Shown: one piece after another, positions 11,315 through 23,397 of the stretch
How positions within the stretch are numbered: the first letter of the stretch is position 1
How the letters are laid out: each line of letters opens with the position of its first letter
Virus record (IMG/VR): IMGVR_UViG_3300022916_000006
Coordinates: 54,746 to 118,745 of that record
Direction: 5' to 3' (one strand)
Source: a virus
Length of the DNA: 64,000 nucleotides
Notes under the pieces: model-generated
What the model was told of the DNA's origin: nothing
Databases searched by the model: none
The model's input: the letters and a program-made list of their open reading frames with translations, nothing else
Made by a program: the position numbers and the translations under genes

Positions 11315-11584
11315 ATGCCAAAATTATATCAGATCGAAACAATAAACGATAATGAAGTTATTGAATCAGGTCTTTCAGAAAATGAAGTAGAGTCATTGTT
11401 GGAAACACTTGATTTTCAAGGGAAGTCTGTTCATGATGAATATGTTGTTGTTGAAATGGAATGTGAATCTTGTCATGGTGAGCGTGTTGTTGAATATATT
11501 ACAAATTGTGGACATACTGGACATGACGAACCAATTTATGATATGGTAGACTGCCCAATGTGTTCAAGCATCATTATTGATTAA
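11315..11584 (+). CDS. Hypothetical protein with CxxC...CxxC
   Basis: CESC...CPMC; start at CACACATG. Confidence 0.7.
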   Translation: MPKLYQIETINDNEVIESGLSENEVESLLETLDFQGKSVHDEYVVVEMECESCHGERVVEYITNCGHTGHDEPIYDMVDCPMCSSIIID

Positions 11585-14500
11585 ATGAAATTTTATATTA
11601 TACATGTTAGTGAGAAGTTTGGAATACGATATGCGACTGCACGAATTACATGGTCGCTAGATTTTAGTAAGTCTTTATCATTTCCCACCCGTAAGAAAGC
11701 ACGAGATTATTACAGTGATAATTTAATTAAAATTGATCCATATTTTAAAAGAAAAATCGTAGCTGATGCAGAATTGACAATAATGAAATTATGAAATCTG
11801 AAAAATATTATGTGATATATCACAATAGACCACATGATTTTGTGTATGTGAGATCAGACGCCGCTAAGATACGAGATGATGATTTAACGATTATGACAAT
11901 TGATCCATTGTGGTCTAATTATTTTGATTGTGCTAAATCATTCAATTCGTATGATGAAGCATTGAAATGTGCAAATAAATTATATCATAAATCTCAGTTC
12001 AGAAGTGGTTATGATTATATGGATGATATTCATATATTGACAGAAGAAGAATTGGTGGCGTATGCAATCTAATTACTAAAAAAATAAATTGGAGAAAGAG
12101 TTATGAAATGTTATATATTTAATGAAAAATTTAAAGCATATCCATATTCTGGATTGGAATATGGATTGTGGTATAATGTGGATGATGTGAAACAAGGAAT
12201 GATGTGTTCTGGTAATCCAAAGTGCAGACCATTTAAAACAGCAAAAGATGCAGAAGATGCTATTCAAGAACGATATGGTGAAGTCTCATGGATGTATGTT
12301 GTACTGGAATCAAAAATAATTGCAGATTTATTGTAGAGATATGGGATATTATGTGATAGCATATTCATTAACTTTAACTAATATGTGGTATAAAACAACA
12401 CCAGAATATAACTATTGGACATTTAATAAATCTCAAGCACTGGTATATAATACATCAACTCAAGCTGAATATGTTAAATCACAGAATACATTAACTAAAG
12501 ACTATGGGATACAAGTTGTGCGTGAGCAAGAACTTGAAACGTTCAAAGTTATGATTGAATTGTGATGAAGCATTATGTAGTATCAATGAGTGGTAATCAT
12601 TTACGATTTTATGTTACTAAAAAGATTGATAATAATAAATTAATTTGGATAGGTGGCTCAAATTTAAAAGACACCTCAATTCATCCATTTAAGACTAGAG
12701 AGGATGCTGTCAAGTGGTATAAATATTGTGATGTTAATACTAAAGAGGATAAATACGATAAAGTTGTATCAGATGCAGAATTGATGGTTATATTGTTATG
12801 AAATATTATATTATATGCACAGACGATGCTAATAGTGATGTTGTTACGTATATTGAAGATACAACACATAGTAGGTATTCGTCTTCATTTTTAACTAACG
12901 ATGTATCAAAAGCTGTGGTATTTAATAATGAGAAATCAGCTATAGATTATATGCAAGCTGGGTTATTTGCCACATCAACATGTGATATTATTATATCAGA
13001 AAAAGAATTGATTGCAAGGTTATTATGAAATATTATGTAGTTGATAAAAGTGACCGTGAAGATTTACCATTCATGAGCAATAGTTTTGAAATGTGTACGG
13101 ATGGTAAAGATCAATTTGATTGGTTTGGAAATGATAACATTGAACTGGTTGTACCATTTAATTCACATGAAGATGCTTTGAGGAATGTAGTTAAAGAGAA
13201 AATAAGACTAGCAAAATATTATGAAATTACTCCTTATGAACTTGATATTGAAATACTAACAGAAAATGAATTTGTGGCATATTTGATATGACGAAAAAGA
13301 AAAAACTCTATTATTATCTATATGATCCAGATGATACTCGATATACATATGGTGGTATTGATGAAGAGTGGGATGATAAATTATCATTGATAACACCATT
13401 TGATTCTTATGAAGATGCTGAAGAAGAACAGGTGAGTTGGTCAGAATGTCCAAATATGACAATAGAGTCAATGACAGAAGCAGAATATATAGCACTTATA
13501 TTATGAAATATATATGAAATATTATATTGTAAATACACGTAAATTTTTAATAACAAATGGAAGTGATAAGCGAGGTTATGCTTGGTCAACAGATATATCA
13601 CTAGCCAAAGTATTTAAAACTAAGAAGAGTGCAGAAGATGCTATGCGCATTCTTAGTACATGGTGGAATTTAACTTTTGATGATCAGGACCACAATTATA
13701 TACAAACTGAAGCAGAAGTGGTGGCAATGATATTATGAAATATTATATATATAATACGACAAATATGAGACATCGATATCAAGGAATATCAGACTGGTGG
13801 TGCGAAATACCTGTAGATGGATACGACTCATTAACTAGGGAAATGATCATTGAGGAAAATACACATATCATACCATTCAATTCAAAAGGGGATGCACAAA
13901 AGAGGTTGGATCAATTAATAAAAAGTAATAGATATGGACGACAATTTACTGAAGATTGCATTGTAGTATCAGAAAATGAATTAGTGGTTTATATGTTATG
14001 AAATATTATCTATTTGATACGGATGAAACGTATCATCAATATTGTGGAAAAAACAATAGCTGGTCTGGTATGTTTTCAGAAGTAATTCCATTTGATTCAT
14101 ATGAAGATGCAAAAAAATGTTATGATGATGAAACGTGGATGGAGTTTGAAGATATAATAATAATATCAGAACACGAATTAGTGGCGAGAATGTTATGACT
14201 AAATATTATTTAATAGCAATAGATAAAACAGATATAGATATGATATATGTATATACATCAGATATCGATGGTTATGTAAAATGGAGAAATTGGGCAATGT
14301 TAGAACATATTGATAAGGTAAATACTGATGTGCCATTACAAACTCTTAAAAAAAGATATAATAAACGAGGCATACATAAATTAAATAGAACTCAGTATAA
14401 TTTTGAAATAATGACAGAGGTTGAATTAGTGGCACTACTATTATGAAGTACTATATAGTGGGAATTGCTGATGTGGTTGAACATACACGATATGCAGTGG

Positions 14501-17500
14501 ATGGTGGTATGGTAACTGGAGAATCAAAGTTTGGTGAATATAGGGGGTATAATGAATCATATGATGTTAAAAAATGTACTTCATTCAATTCATATGATGA
14601 TGCACTTAATGCTATGACCACACCTTGTGATAATCCAGACTTTTGGAATGGTATGAAAATAGTATCAGAAACTGAACTAGTGGCACTACTATTATGAAGT
14701 ACTATGTATTATCAATATCTAAAAAATACCATGATATACTATATTGGTATGATAATAAACCCGTTAGACGATGGTTTACTTCAAAAAGAGAAGCTATTAT
14801 TTATTTAAATTTACTTAATAAAAAAGAACCAATACATGATGATTGGTATCGGGTTATATATGATGAAAATGAACTTAATGTATTATTGGTTGCTAAAGCA
14901 TTATGAAACGTTATTATATATATGATCCAAATGATCCAACTGAATTTATTTTTACTAGAGAAGGGTGGTCTACACGTGTATCGGATGCAAATCCATTTAC
15001 TTCATATAAAGAAGCTAAAGATAAATTAGATGAATTTACATCATCATCATATAGTTTTATAATAGAAGACCTTATTGTTGTAAATGAAAATGAATTAGTG
15101 GTATATTTACTATGATGAAATATTATATATATGATCAACTAGATACTTATAAACCATATAGAGGAGTTAGTGATCAATGGATGACTGATGCTCAACAACT
15201 TAGTCCTGATGATAGAAAACATCTACATATTGTTGAACATAAAGATATAATACCATTCAAATCAAGAGAATCAGCCAGTTTAGAACTTGCTATGTTAAAA
15301 GATCGTAGGTGGCATAAACGTTGCATGGTAGTATCAGAACAAGAACTAATAATAAAAATGTTATGAAATGAAATGAAATGAAATGAAATACTATATATAC
15401 GATCCAATTGATAAAATACAACCATATAGAGGATATAATAAATGGGTTAATAGTACTACAACTTTAGAAGAATTAATTCCATATGAATCATATGATCAAG
15501 CTAAAAACGTTTTATTTGCTATAGAGCCACGTGATTCTACATGGAAAATAGTAACAGAAGAAGAACTAATAGCATTAATGTTATGAGATACATATGAAAT
15601 ATTATATATTAGATAAACACCAAAGATATTTAGATATAAATCAATATAGTTGGACATGGACAACTCGTATAGAATGTGCAAAGATATTTAATACTAGAGA
15701 AGAAGCTGAGCATTATGATATACATCACATTCATGGATATCCTAATACTAAAGTAGTATCAGACGCAGAATTGGTAGCAATGTTAATATGAAGAATACTA
15801 ATATGAATGATATGAATGATGATGGAAATATTATCAGGTATGTTATACTAATGAATAATCCTACGCTTAATTATATACTTGGTACTACACAAAATAAATC
15901 AAGTATAGTTGAATATACGTATGTAAATAAGATGGGTCAAACTAAAATTAATATCACTAATGATTGTATATATACATCAGAGTATGAAGCTCAACAAGTA
16001 ATTGAAGAACATTTACCATATACATATCGAGAAGGTTTATTGGAAATCGTTAACATGAAACATCTTGTGGCTTATCTATTATGAAATATTACGTAGTAGA
16101 AATAATTAACAATAGATTAGAATATTATATACACTATAATGGCAATAATAAAGGTAATATATGGATGGATTTAGAACATGAAGATGAATATCCAATACAT
16201 GCATTTAACTCATATGAAGAAGCTAAAGAATATTATGATAATAGTGAAGATATATATAAAGCAAGCGGAACAGATAAAATTATAAATGAAAATGAATTAA
16301 TAGCATATCTCTTATGAAATATTATATAGTATTTTGTGCATTATATAAACACCTAATAAACGGTGATAATATGGACTGGTATGTGTGGCAAAATGCACAT
16401 CATAATCCAGAAGTATTCAACTCTAAAGAGGACGCACTTATGTACATTAATATGTTTGATTATTTAAAGCAACATTATGCTAGTGGTAAAATGAAGATAG
16501 TAGATGAAAATGTAGTAGTAGCATATATGTTATGAAATATTATATAATAGCATATACAGATTATAAAAAATATATACATTTTAAAGGTAAACCAACTTAT
16601 GGATATTGGACTAGAAATTTAGATCATGCTGAAACATATAAAACAAGACAAATTGGAGAAGATATCATTAAATTTCAACGGAAAAGAATGTTAACAACAT
16701 ATACAATTAAAGTATTATCAGAAAACGAACTAATACCATATCTCTTATGAAATATTATTATATAATTCAATGTACTAATAGAGACGATACTAATTGTAAT
16801 AAATATGCGGCCACTAACGAGTCTGATGATACATATACTACAAATTATAATCATATGTTAATATTTGATTCTCGTAAATTAGCTAAACAAGATATAAAAG
16901 AATATGGTGATGAAACTATTGAAAGAGTTAGTAGAATATCAGAAGCAGAACTAATGACATATCTATTATGAAACATATGAAATATTATCTATATGATTCA
17001 ACAGCTCCCAATTATATATATGGTGGAATAAATAATCATTGGAGTAGTGAGGTATCAAATGTAACCCCATATGATACTTATGGTGAAGCATTATATACTT
17101 ATAATAGATATTGGAATACTGATAAGTATAAACATATAAAAATAGTAACAGAGAATGAACTAGTAGCATATCTATTATGAGATATTACGTATGGCATATT
17201 AAAACAAATGAATTATATCATGTCCTTGAAAATAATATATATCTATCAAGAGAAGAAGCTATGGTAGGTGTTACAAATTATATGGCTGACTGGAGAACAA
17301 TTATATCAGTAGATGATGTAATAATATTAAATGAAAATGAATACATAGCTTATATATTATGAAAGAAAATCACAAATATTATTTAATAGCAACCGATAAA
17401 CAGTCTGAAGTGGTATACGTATATTACATTAACAATACTCGTACTTACAGCAGTACCAATTGGATAAATATAAAAACTATTAATGAAAGTAAAATCATAA

Positions 17501-18306
17501 CTGAAAATGAGATATCATTGAGTGATCTCAAAAAAGAATTAAAATCACAAAAACATAATCTAAACTCATTTAATTTTAAAATAATAACAGAGAATGAACT
17601 AATAGCCTATATATTATGAAATATTATATATTAGATAAAAGAGATGATGAATATGTACATAAAAATCGTGGTACACTAGGAACTCCAGGAAACAGGTGGA
17701 CAACAAATATAATCAATGCTATAACATTTAATAATAAAGTAGATGCAACTGAATATTATCATACAGTATTATTTACAAGTAAATATTATAGAGTAGTATC
17801 AGAAACAGAACTAATAGCACGTTTATTATGAAATATTATATAATATATTCTTACTTACGTGATATGAGTACATATATTCCTTGGATTGAGATATTAGAAG
17901 GTGATCTCACATATACTAGAACTCCAATGATATTTAAAACAAAAAAGAAAGCCATAAAATATATCAATGATGAGACAGTAATATTAAAACAATATTATAA
18001 AAGAGGACAGGTAAAAGTAGTAGATGAAAATGAATACATAGCCTATATATTATGAAACATATGAAATATTATATATATGATAGAGGAGATATAAGTTTTC
18101 CATTTAGAGGTAAAACTGGTTGGTATGATAAAGACTATCAACATTTAAGTGAAATATTACCATATGATTCATACGAAGAAGCAAGACAATATATTCAAGA
18201 TGCTCCATATGTATTAGATATCTCATTTAGTAGAATATTACGTCGAAGTGAAATAAAAAGATTAAGCGTAATATCAGAATCAGAATTAATAATAATAATG
18301 TTATGA
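11585..18306 (+). other. MKYY family block 3 (29 CDS starting 11585, 11791, 12103, 12341, 12562, 12798, 13025, 13288, 13514, 13735, 13998, 14195, 14443, 14694, 14903, 15112, 15383, 15594, 15788, 16081, 16314, 16532, 16747, 16968, 17177, 17359, 17616, 17828, 18052)
   Basis: Uninterrupted head-to-tail run; every ORF ends in the E-x-E-L...L tail or a variant. Confidence 0.92.
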
Positions 18307-18554
18307 GAAGAAGAAGCACATATGAAAAGATTTCAATTTTAAGTATAATTTTAAGTACGATTCATGCAATTCGTATGATTGTTATGATTATGATGATCAT
18401 TATCTTCATACGTGGTCCTTAACCAAAGCACCCTAGAACGAACAGAATGACACCAAATCAGAGACTTTATATGATGGGTGTCATAATATGTGACATTTTC
18501 TTATTCGATAACATATATCATATGAAATATCATGAATATGCACTAAAGTATATG

Positions 18555-18568
18555 CAGTTGTACAACTG
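18555..18568. repeat. Perfect 14-bp palindrome CAGTTGTACAACTG
   Basis: Self-complementary; GTACAACTGA is repeated at 18573-18582. Confidence 0.85.
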
Positions 18569-18670
18569 AACCGTACAACTGATTATACTATATATACATA
18601 CTGGTGTATAGAGATAATGATATGTTGTTTTTGGGGGAGCTGGTGTAATCCACTAACCAAATACATCGAC

Positions 18671-18723
18671 AACCAAAGAATATTTGGTGAAACAGCCCAA
18701 AAACCAAAGAATATTTGGTGAAA
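18671..18723. repeat. 22-bp direct repeat x2 (AACCAAAGAATATTTGGTGAAA)
   Basis: 18671-18692 and 18702-18723; internal dyad ACCAAA/TTTGGT. Confidence 0.85.
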
Positions 18724-18862
18724 TCAACCAAAACAACATAATATTCTGTTTTGAAGATACTTTTGAATAGTTCTTGCATCATATTGACTATTCTTCGTAA
18801 CTTATGGTGTGATCTGAGCCAATTTATTCCATCTCTCTACCCATGAAAATGAATGATTTGGA

Positions 18863-18976
18863 AGAAAACACTTGTTTTATGTAGCAAAATAGTCTTAAAT
18901 TACTGGTAGAAGCCAGTTTTCCCATAAAATAAATAAGAAAACACTTGTTTTATGTAGCAAAATAGTCTTAATTTAT
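18863..18976 (+). promoter_or_regulatory. Tandem duplicated class A promoters (36-bp direct repeat)
   Basis: AGAAAACACTTGTTTTATGTAGCAAAATAGTCTTAA at 18863-18898 and 18936-18971; each has TTG-N21-TAA(A/T)TTA. Confidence 0.7.
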
Positions 18977-19088
18977 GGGGGGCTCCCAGATTTGAACGCC
19001 TGGGTACGGAATATCAACAATATTATGAAGAAACACCGCGCCCACCAGTAGTGAAAATGAATGATTTTGAAGAAAAGTAGGAAAGTTC

Positions 19089-19120
19089 TTGCATTGTACA
19101 TTGGAATAGTTCTAACTTTA
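19089..19120 (+). promoter_or_regulatory. Class A promoter
   Basis: TTG-N21-TAACTTTA then AGCAGTTATGAGA. Confidence 0.7.
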
Positions 19121-19157
19121 AGCAGTTATGAGACACACAAACAAAGGAACTAAGCAC

Positions 19158-19319
19158 ATGAATATCACAAGAATTAACGATCTAATTGACACCAAGACTG
19201 ATTCAATCGTAAATACACTATTAGTTCTATTAGTTATTATGATTGGAGTTGGTGGAGTTAGTCTTTTATTGGGACTTTCATTCATTTCTACACTTTTATT
19301 AAATTCAACATCATCATAA
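19158..19319 (+). CDS. Small membrane protein
   Basis: AAGGA...CACATG start; long hydrophobic stretch. Confidence 0.6.
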   Translation: MNITRINDLIDTKTDSIVNTLLVLLVIMIGVGGVSLLLGLSFISTLLLNSTSS

Positions 19320-19340
19320 ATAAAGAAAATAGGAGCACAC

Positions 19341-19733
19341 ATGTCAATCACTAAAATGAACGGATCAGCACTTAGACTTATTAGAGAACGAATCAATCAA
19401 GCACTTGAATCGTTGGGTGAAGAGTTAAATGTATCGTTTGCAACTGGAAATGCTAGATATACTCCAGATAGTGCAACTTTTAAATTAAATGTATCAATCA
19501 TTGATTCTGGTGGAGTAGCACTTAGACCAGAAGTTACTGACTTTAATATATACGCCAGTAGATATGGACTCAAACCAAGTGATCTTGGTAGAAAATTTAG
19601 AACGTATAGTGGTTTATATGAAATAACTGGTTGCAGACCACGTAGTCCAAAGTATCCTATCTTGGGCAAAGATGTTAATTCTGGTAAAACGTTCAAGTTT
19701 GCACCACATTCAATTAAACACAATTTAATATAA
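19341..19733 (+). CDS. Hypothetical protein
   Basis: GGAGCACACATG start. Confidence 0.8.
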   Translation: MSITKMNGSALRLIRERINQALESLGEELNVSFATGNARYTPDSATFKLNVSIIDSGGVALRPEVTDFNIYASRYGLKPSDLGRKFRTYSGLYEITGCRPRSPKYPILGKDVNSGKTFKFAPHSIKHNLI

Positions 19734-19748
19734 ATTAAGGATCACCAC

Positions 19749-20183
19749 ATGTCAAACAACAAACCAGAATTTGATCGAATGTGTGAGGGCACTCTTATAG
19801 CTGTTAACACTCATCCTCAACTAGTCGAAGCTATGACAAATGCTATGACTCAAGTTATGACAGGCACAGTGTGTGATACAGACACAGTGCCCGAAGTGCG
19901 TAGAGGTGATAATGGTGAATTGTTGATATCAAATTTCTTATATAAAGTTTCATTTCATACAGATGAAATTGAACAAGCAATCAAAGATTGGTGTGGGGCA
20001 ATAAATGACGAATCTACCAAATTGGAAATGGCTACATTTATAGTAGAATCAAGCCCAAAGGTGGAAATGCGTAATGCTCAAACTGATGAAGAAAAGATTG
20101 CAGTATTGATAAAAACACAATCAGAGTCAGAGTTAAGATCACTCTGTGGAACTATCCAAAAGATATGGAGTACTAATAAATGA
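19749..20183 (+). CDS. Hypothetical protein
   Basis: AAGGA RBS. Confidence 0.75.
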   Translation: MSNNKPEFDRMCEGTLIAVNTHPQLVEAMTNAMTQVMTGTVCDTDTVPEVRRGDNGELLISNFLYKVSFHTDEIEQAIKDWCGAINDESTKLEMATFIVESSPKVEMRNAQTDEEKIAVLIKTQSESELRSLCGTIQKIWSTNK

Positions 20184-20554
20184 ATGTTAAAGACCTAACA
20201 ACACTAGAACTAGCTACCACAATTGCTGGTGCAATGAACAGAGTATTTCAACGCATCAATGAAGGTATGGGAAGCCCACCTGATGTAGATGTACCAGAAA
20301 TAATGGTAGATGAACTTCTTGATGTCAAGTCACGAGATGAACTGGAAGCTATGTATAAAGAAGCTGTGAAGGTTGAAGAGACAATGGAAAGATTCCGTGG
20401 TAGTAAAGGTATATCATTGAGTGAACCATTTAAGAATATACCATTACCACCAAGTACTGATCTGATCGACGAGAATGATGATCCTACGAAGGTTTATTCA
20501 GTGCGTGACATAAGAGCCCACTATCCATCTTTCTCAACAGATGAGATGAATTGA
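20180..20554 (+). CDS. Hypothetical protein
   Basis: Overlaps the upstream stop. Confidence 0.7.
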   Translation: MNVKDLTTLELATTIAGAMNRVFQRINEGMGSPPDVDVPEIMVDELLDVKSRDELEAMYKEAVKVEETMERFRGSKGISLSEPFKNIPLPPSTDLIDENDDPTKVYSVRDIRAHYPSFSTDEMN

Positions 20555-20555
20555 T

Positions 20556-20795
20556 ATGGATATATTATTTATTGATAGATATAATAATATGCGTATAATA
20601 TATAATACTAATATTTTACCTAGACATGGTGATAGAATAGATATGTTTGATTACATACCATGTCCTGTGGTAAATGAAGTATTATTATATCCTACACTTG
20701 ATACGCTGAAAGGTGTACATGCAGAAGATTTGAAGAAAAATCCTAATTATCCTATAACAATGGTAGATGCAATTATATATGTGAGGCATGCTTAA
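20556..20795 (+). CDS. Hypothetical protein
   Basis: In operon. Confidence 0.65.
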   Translation: MDILFIDRYNNMRIIYNTNILPRHGDRIDMFDYIPCPVVNEVLLYPTLDTLKGVHAEDLKKNPNYPITMVDAIIYVRHA

Positions 20796-21090
20796 TATGA
20801 AATCAAATTGGGATAAATTTAAACTATTACTTAGCACAGTTGAATCTGCTAAGATTGCATTATTTGTGATTAGTCTAATACTATATATAATCATACTTAG
20901 TGTACTTTCAGTTATTCTGGATTCGGTGTTGGTTTTTGTTATGGGTATTATATTGTTCTTTGTATATTACATCGCTGGAATATACTTTTGGATGCTGTCA
21001 GAACATGAAAAAAGTAAGATGTTTCTAAAAACACGCAAGCAATATAAAGAATTTAAATCTAAATTAAATGATAAGGAAAACACATTATGA
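20788..21090 (+). CDS. Membrane protein
   Basis: Two TM segments. Confidence 0.65.
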   Translation: MLNMKSNWDKFKLLLSTVESAKIALFVISLILYIIILSVLSVILDSVLVFVMGIILFFVYYIAGIYFWMLSEHEKSKMFLKTRKQYKEFKSKLNDKENTL

Positions 21091-21320
21091 ACGCATATCA
21101 AAAAGTAGAAGTACGCAATGGCATCATACAAGGAATCATGTTATTATTATATGGTATGTTGTTAGCATATTTAAACATTGGGTTCTGGTCATTCACAATC
21201 ATATACGTTGCAACAATGGTAATATCCACACATGGATATGTCACAGGTGTGAAAGAACAAAGAGCCAATGCAGAGTGTGACAACAAAGATTTATTAAAAC
21301 TATGGGGTAAGAACTCATAA
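21087..21320 (+). CDS. Membrane protein
   Basis: Two TM segments, ATGA overlap. Confidence 0.65.
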   Translation: MNAYQKVEVRNGIIQGIMLLLYGMLLAYLNIGFWSFTIIYVATMVISTHGYVTGVKEQRANAECDNKDLLKLWGKNS

Positions 21321-21444
21321 AGAACAAACAATTTTGTGGCAATGATCATGTGTGTGAAAGCAAGTGGTTCGATGAGTTTTTCCAAAATGTTAATTAATTG
21401 GCTCATCAATGAACTACTTGCTTTTTTCAATATAAGATGATGGT

Positions 21445-22476
21445 GTGAAGTACTACATATTATCATCTGATAAGAGTTTAATATTGCATCAGCATAAAAG
21501 TGAAGTCGATAATAAATGGTGGGAATCTATAGATTGGACTCATGGTGGATATTATGCTACTACAAGGGGTGGTCATACCTATAAGAGTTATGAACTAATG
21601 GCATTTGAATCACGAGAAGAAGCTGAAAAAATTATAAACAATCGTAAGTATGGTACAGATCGAGATGATGAAGTTTTATCAGAAGCAGAAGTAGTGGCAA
21701 TGATGTTATGAAATGTTATCTATTAGCAATCCCAAAGACAAGCTTTAAAAAAGGTAAAGATTCAATGTGGTATTGTGGAGCTGTACAATATATAGGTCCT
21801 CTAACATATAACTTACATGGATGGATTGAAGACGTTGACGATGCTAAAATGATACCATCAAAGACTATGGCTAGAAAGATAATAAAAGATAGTAAAACTC
21901 ATGGAGACAATGAAAGTGGATATAATTATAGAATAGTACCAGTCTCTGAAGTAGTAGCTAGGCTTCTATAATGGTAGCATAGAGGGCTTATAATCATCAT
22001 GAAGTGGTACATAGTCAACACAAAATTTTTAACACAGAAGAATGGTAAAGAATATAAAACATTCGAAATATATATACATACAAGACCATCAGGCACTGAA
22101 TGGAGAGGAGCATATAAAGAACTCAATATAGACTATGAGAAGGACTGTTCATTCAAGACAGAAGTAGAGGCAACATTTGCAATGAATAATAGTGATAAAC
22201 AACTAACTACTGATAGAGTAATATCAGAAGATGAACTAGTAATATTGATATTATGAAGTACATATGAAACGTTATTATATATACGATTGTGATGATAATA
22301 TATTTCCATATTTTGGTATTAATGGATGGTGTATAATAGCACAAGAAAAGATTAAACCATTTGAGTCATATAAAAAAGCACATAATGCATTGGAAATGAT
22401 ATTACATGGAGTAGGTAGAAATCGCAAACATTATAAGATAGTATCAGAAGATGAGCTGATAATATTACTATTATAA
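21445..22476 (+). other. MKYY family block 4 (4 CDS: 21445-21711, 21708-21971, 21999-22256, 22264-22476)
   Basis: Shared motifs. Confidence 0.9.
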
Positions 22477-22493
22477 GAAAGAAAACAAAACAC

Positions 22494-22685
22494 TTGTTCC
22501 ATATAAGGAAAGAGTCGTAATTTATAGGCTAAACCCAGATGCACATATGCTAATATAAGCAAAGATAAGTGTTGCATCGTATACGGAACTATTCGTAATT
22601 TACGTGCTAGGGTGGTTTGCATATTTGGGCCACAAAGATAACACTTGCATCACATAACAAAAGAGTCGTGCAACGCATAATTTAT
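22494..22685 (+). promoter_or_regulatory. Three tandem class A promoter copies (third interrupted by 9 nt)
   Basis: TTG-N21-TAATTTA at 22494-22525 and 22572-22603; at 22645-22685 TGCAACGCA separates GAGTCG from TAATTTAT. Confidence 0.6.
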
Positions 22686-22757
22686 GGGCTATGCCCATCT
22701 TCATTTGGTTGTTCGAGCTTTTTTATTGTGTTTTTGGGTGCGTCGAGTCTCCACACG

Positions 22758-22896
22758 AATTTTTCACCAAAAATCATATGTCAACTTTTTTTTATGATGA
22801 AGACTACCACACTCCATAATTTTTCACCAAAAATCATATGATCGAAGATTCAACTTTTTTTCTGATATGATGAAGACTACCACACTCCATAATTTT
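22758..22896. repeat. Tandem duplication (about 60-70-bp unit)
   Basis: AATTTTTCACCAAAAATCATATG at 22758 and 22818; ATGATGAAGACTACCACACTCCATAATTTT occurs twice. Confidence 0.85.
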
Positions 22897-22969
22897 CCAA
22901 CAAAAAACAGATATGAGGATATTCCCCATATGCCCCATATGCTCAAAAAATTTCCATAAGAAAAAACAG

Positions 22970-23001
22970 TTGCATCATATCATATTTTGATTTTAAATTT
23001 C
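22970..23001 (+). promoter_or_regulatory. Class A promoter
   Basis: TTG-N21-TAAATTTC. Confidence 0.65.
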
Positions 23002-23037
23002 AATGTGTTAAGAATGAACAAAAGAAAAGGAAAACGG

Positions 23038-23397
23038 ATGAACAAATATTTGGTAACAATCGAGTTTAGATTCTCAGTTACACCAAAGCATGATGATGAT
23101 TTTACCAGCAAAACAAAGAAAATAACAATTGGTGTTTATGACGATCTGAAGAGTGCTTGTGATAATGGCAATAAAAACTTAAAGGTGCTTGAGTCTAAAT
23201 TTGAACTAAATCCCAACTACAATAATAAAGAACAAAGATTCAGTGCTAATGGTGGTTGTTTTAATATTCCAATAACTTTGGTTACACATCTAGGATATCT
23301 ACTAACACCTTTTGAGTTTTATGCCAAAATAACAACATTGAATTTTGAGTCAACTGAGAATGCCATAAACGAAGTTGTGGATGCAATAAACGATTGA
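23038..23397 (+). CDS. Hypothetical protein
   Basis: AAGGA RBS; start corrected to MNKYL. Confidence 0.75.
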   Translation: MNKYLVTIEFRFSVTPKHDDDFTSKTKKITIGVYDDLKSACDNGNKNLKVLESKFELNPNYNNKEQRFSANGGCFNIPITLVTHLGYLLTPFEFYAKITTLNFESTENAINEVVDAIND

